From: an uncultured Chloroflexia bacterium
GTDB lineage: Bacteria; Chloroflexota; Limnocylindria; Limnocylindrales; CSP1-4
Direction: 5' to 3'
DNA length: 64,000 nucleotides
NCBI GenBank assembly: GCA_963842695.1
Contig: CAWJHK010000006.1
Location: 344,391 to 408,390 of the forward strand
Part shown: positions 62,595-64,000 of the stretch, piece by piece
How positions within the stretch are numbered: the stretch's first letter is position 1
Layout: every line of letters begins with the position of its first letter
Made by a program: the position numbers and the translations under genes
Notes under the pieces: model-generated
The model's input: only the letters and a program-made list of their open reading frames with translations
Database searches by the model: none
What the model was told of the DNA's origin: nothing

Positions 62595-63864
62595 ATGTTC
62601 GAACGGACCGTGCTGCCCGCCGGACCACGCGTGATCAGCGCCCGGCTCCCGTCGGCCCGCTCGGTCTCCGTGGCGGCTTACGTCCTCGCCGGGTCCCGAC
62701 TGGAGTCGGCCGGCCAGGTCGGCGTCGCCCACTTCATGGAGCACCTGACGTTCAAGGGCACCGCCGCCTACCCGACGACCCGCGCGATCAGCGAGGCGAT
62801 CGAGGGGGTCGGTGGATCGTTCAATGCCGCGACCGACCGCGAATCCACGGTCTACTGGGTCCGCGTCCCGCGGCGGGAGACGGCCCGCGCGATGGATGTT
62901 CTCGGTGAGCTCATCGTCCGGCCGCGCCTCGAGGAGACCGACATCCAGAGCGAGCGGGCGGTGATCATCGAGGAGATCCGGTCGTACCTCGACGACCCTG
63001 CCGAGTACTGCCAGATCCTGTTCCAGACCGCGATGTTCGGGGACGGTCCGCTGGGCCGCGAGATCTGTGGCGAGGAATCGGACATCTCGAGCCTGCCGGC
63101 GGCAGCCATCCACGACTTCTGGCGCAGCTCCTACCGGCCGGCCAACACGGTCGTCGCGGTCGTCGGCGACCTCGGCCACGAAGAGGCGGTCGGGCTGGCG
63201 GAGACGGCCTTCGGGCGCGGCAACGGCCCGGTCCCCGGCTTCGCCCCGGCGCCCACGCTGCCGGCCGGGCCCCGGGTGCGCACCGGCGCGCGGGACACGA
63301 GCCAGGCCCAGGTCTGCATCGGGCTGCCGGCCCTGCATCGCGACCATCCCGACAGCTGGACGCTGGCCGTGCTCAACGCGGTCCTCGGTGACGGGATGAG
63401 CAGCCGCCTCTTCCTGTCGGTGCGGGAGGAGCTCGGCCTCGCCTACGACGTCTCGTCCGGCCTCGTCGACTATGCCGACGCCGGCGCCCTCGAGGTCTCG
63501 GCCGGGGTCGACCCGGCCAGCCTGCCGGCCGCGGTCGAGGCGATCCTCGTCGAGCTCGCCCGGTTGCGCGACGAGCCGGTTCCCGAGGCCGAGCTGGGCA
63601 AGGCCAAGCGCTACCTGTCCGGCGGGCTCGAGCTCCGGATGGACGACACGCGACACGTTGCGTCGTGGATCGGCGGCCAGGAGGCGCTCCACGACCGCGT
63701 CCTGACCCTCGAGGAGGCGCTGGCCGCGATCGAGGCCGTCGACGCAGCGGCCGTCCAGGCGCTCGCCGTCCGGCTCATCCACGACGACGCCCTGCGACTG
63801 GCCGCGGTCGCCCCGGCCCGCTACCTCCGCGGGCTCGAGCAAGCGCCTGCGGCTGCCGGCATGA
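62595..63864 (+). CDS. M16-family zinc peptidase (pitrilysin/insulinase-like); 3' end uncertain
   Basis: This ORF is not in the supplied track because its frame stays open to the window end. The product is MFERTVLPAGPRVISARL...GVAHFMEHLTFKGT... (HxxEH) ...RAVIIEEI... A typical length (about 420 aa) and a possible ...KRLRLPA-TGA reading overlapping ATG 63861 suggest the end is near 63860. Confidence 0.75.
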
Positions 63865-64000
63865 CCGCGTCGTCCCCGGCCGCCCGACCCGCCCGCCCGC
63901 CGGGCCGCTCCGTCGAGCTGGTCCTGGCCCACGCCCACCTTCGACTCGGCTCGCTGTCGCTGGCCCGGGTCGAGCTCGAGACGATGGCCGGTCTCGGCCT
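63861..64000 (+). CDS. possible start of a downstream gene (MTASSPAARPARPPGRSVELVLAHAHLRLG...), truncated by the window
   Basis: The ATG at 63861 is in frame with the M16 ORF, so this is either a separate gene (an ATGA overlap if M16 carries a frameshift) or read-through. Confidence 0.2.
   Translation, partial: MTASSPAARPARPPGRSVELVLAHAHLRLGSLSLARVELETMAGLG

Noticed and set aside
60750-63938. 1062-aa minus-strand ORF, the longest in the window
   Set aside because: It is antisense to the well-supported NCS2 permease and M16 peptidase genes. Its translation is Arg/Gly/Asp/Pro-rich low-complexity sequence with no recognisable motifs. This is a typical shadow ORF of very GC-rich DNA.

Overview
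This is a very G+C-rich (about 70% by eye, not computed) chromosomal segment of actinobacterial type. Supporting markers are Ku/LigD, an Eis-like GNAT, lhr-nei, DUF3052, a GT87-like protein and many leaderless-looking genes. I saw no rRNA, tRNA, CRISPR array, transposase or integrase.

Gene content in order:
- Purine catabolism: uricase 3' end, malate synthase A, a cyclic amidohydrolase, DUF3830 and HIU hydrolase.
- A coiled-coil PD-(D/E)XK-like protein and a secreted S8 protease.
- NHEJ genes (Ku, then LigD as PE-Lig plus Pol).
- An Eis-like GNAT, an ECF sigma factor, a NUDIX protein and a secreted caspase-like protein.
- A DUF255 thioredoxin-domain protein, a NUDIX-MBL fusion, a Mug-like glycosylase, TatA, DUF3052, an AcuC-type deacetylase fused to a GNAT, and DoxX.
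- lhr-nei plus a small coupled ORF.
- Formamidase with an APC permease, and a class-II GATase with an MFS transporter.
- A GT87-like membrane protein divergent from two tandem secreted paralogs.
- A cyanophycin island: cyanophycinase, OsmC, an alpha/beta-hydrolase-LuxR regulator, cphA, a second cphA-like gene lacking the ATP-grasp domain, and M20 peptidase with RidA.
- azlCD, ggt, an MFS transporter, degV, gdh, a Pta-N/DRTGG protein, the panC-panB-coaBC-coaX run, an NCS2 purine permease and an M16 peptidase.

Main observations:
1. The cyanophycin-type island has an unusual gene set, including a G-domain-less CphA paralog and no canonical isoaspartyl dipeptidase.
2. The inverted repeat GGTGCG-N4-CGCACC recurs in three promoter regions, all next to secreted protease or secreted-protein genes.
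3. A conserved TACCAT(CG) -10 box lies 6-9 nt upstream of many start codons, which suggests leaderless transcription and helps fix several start sites.
4. Reading-frame breaks are frequent, with a hot zone at about 49.0-60.4 kb where essential genes are broken every 150-250 bp. I think these are most likely assembly indels rather than true gene decay.

All coordinates of frameshifted genes are hand reconstructions from the three frames and are approximate.
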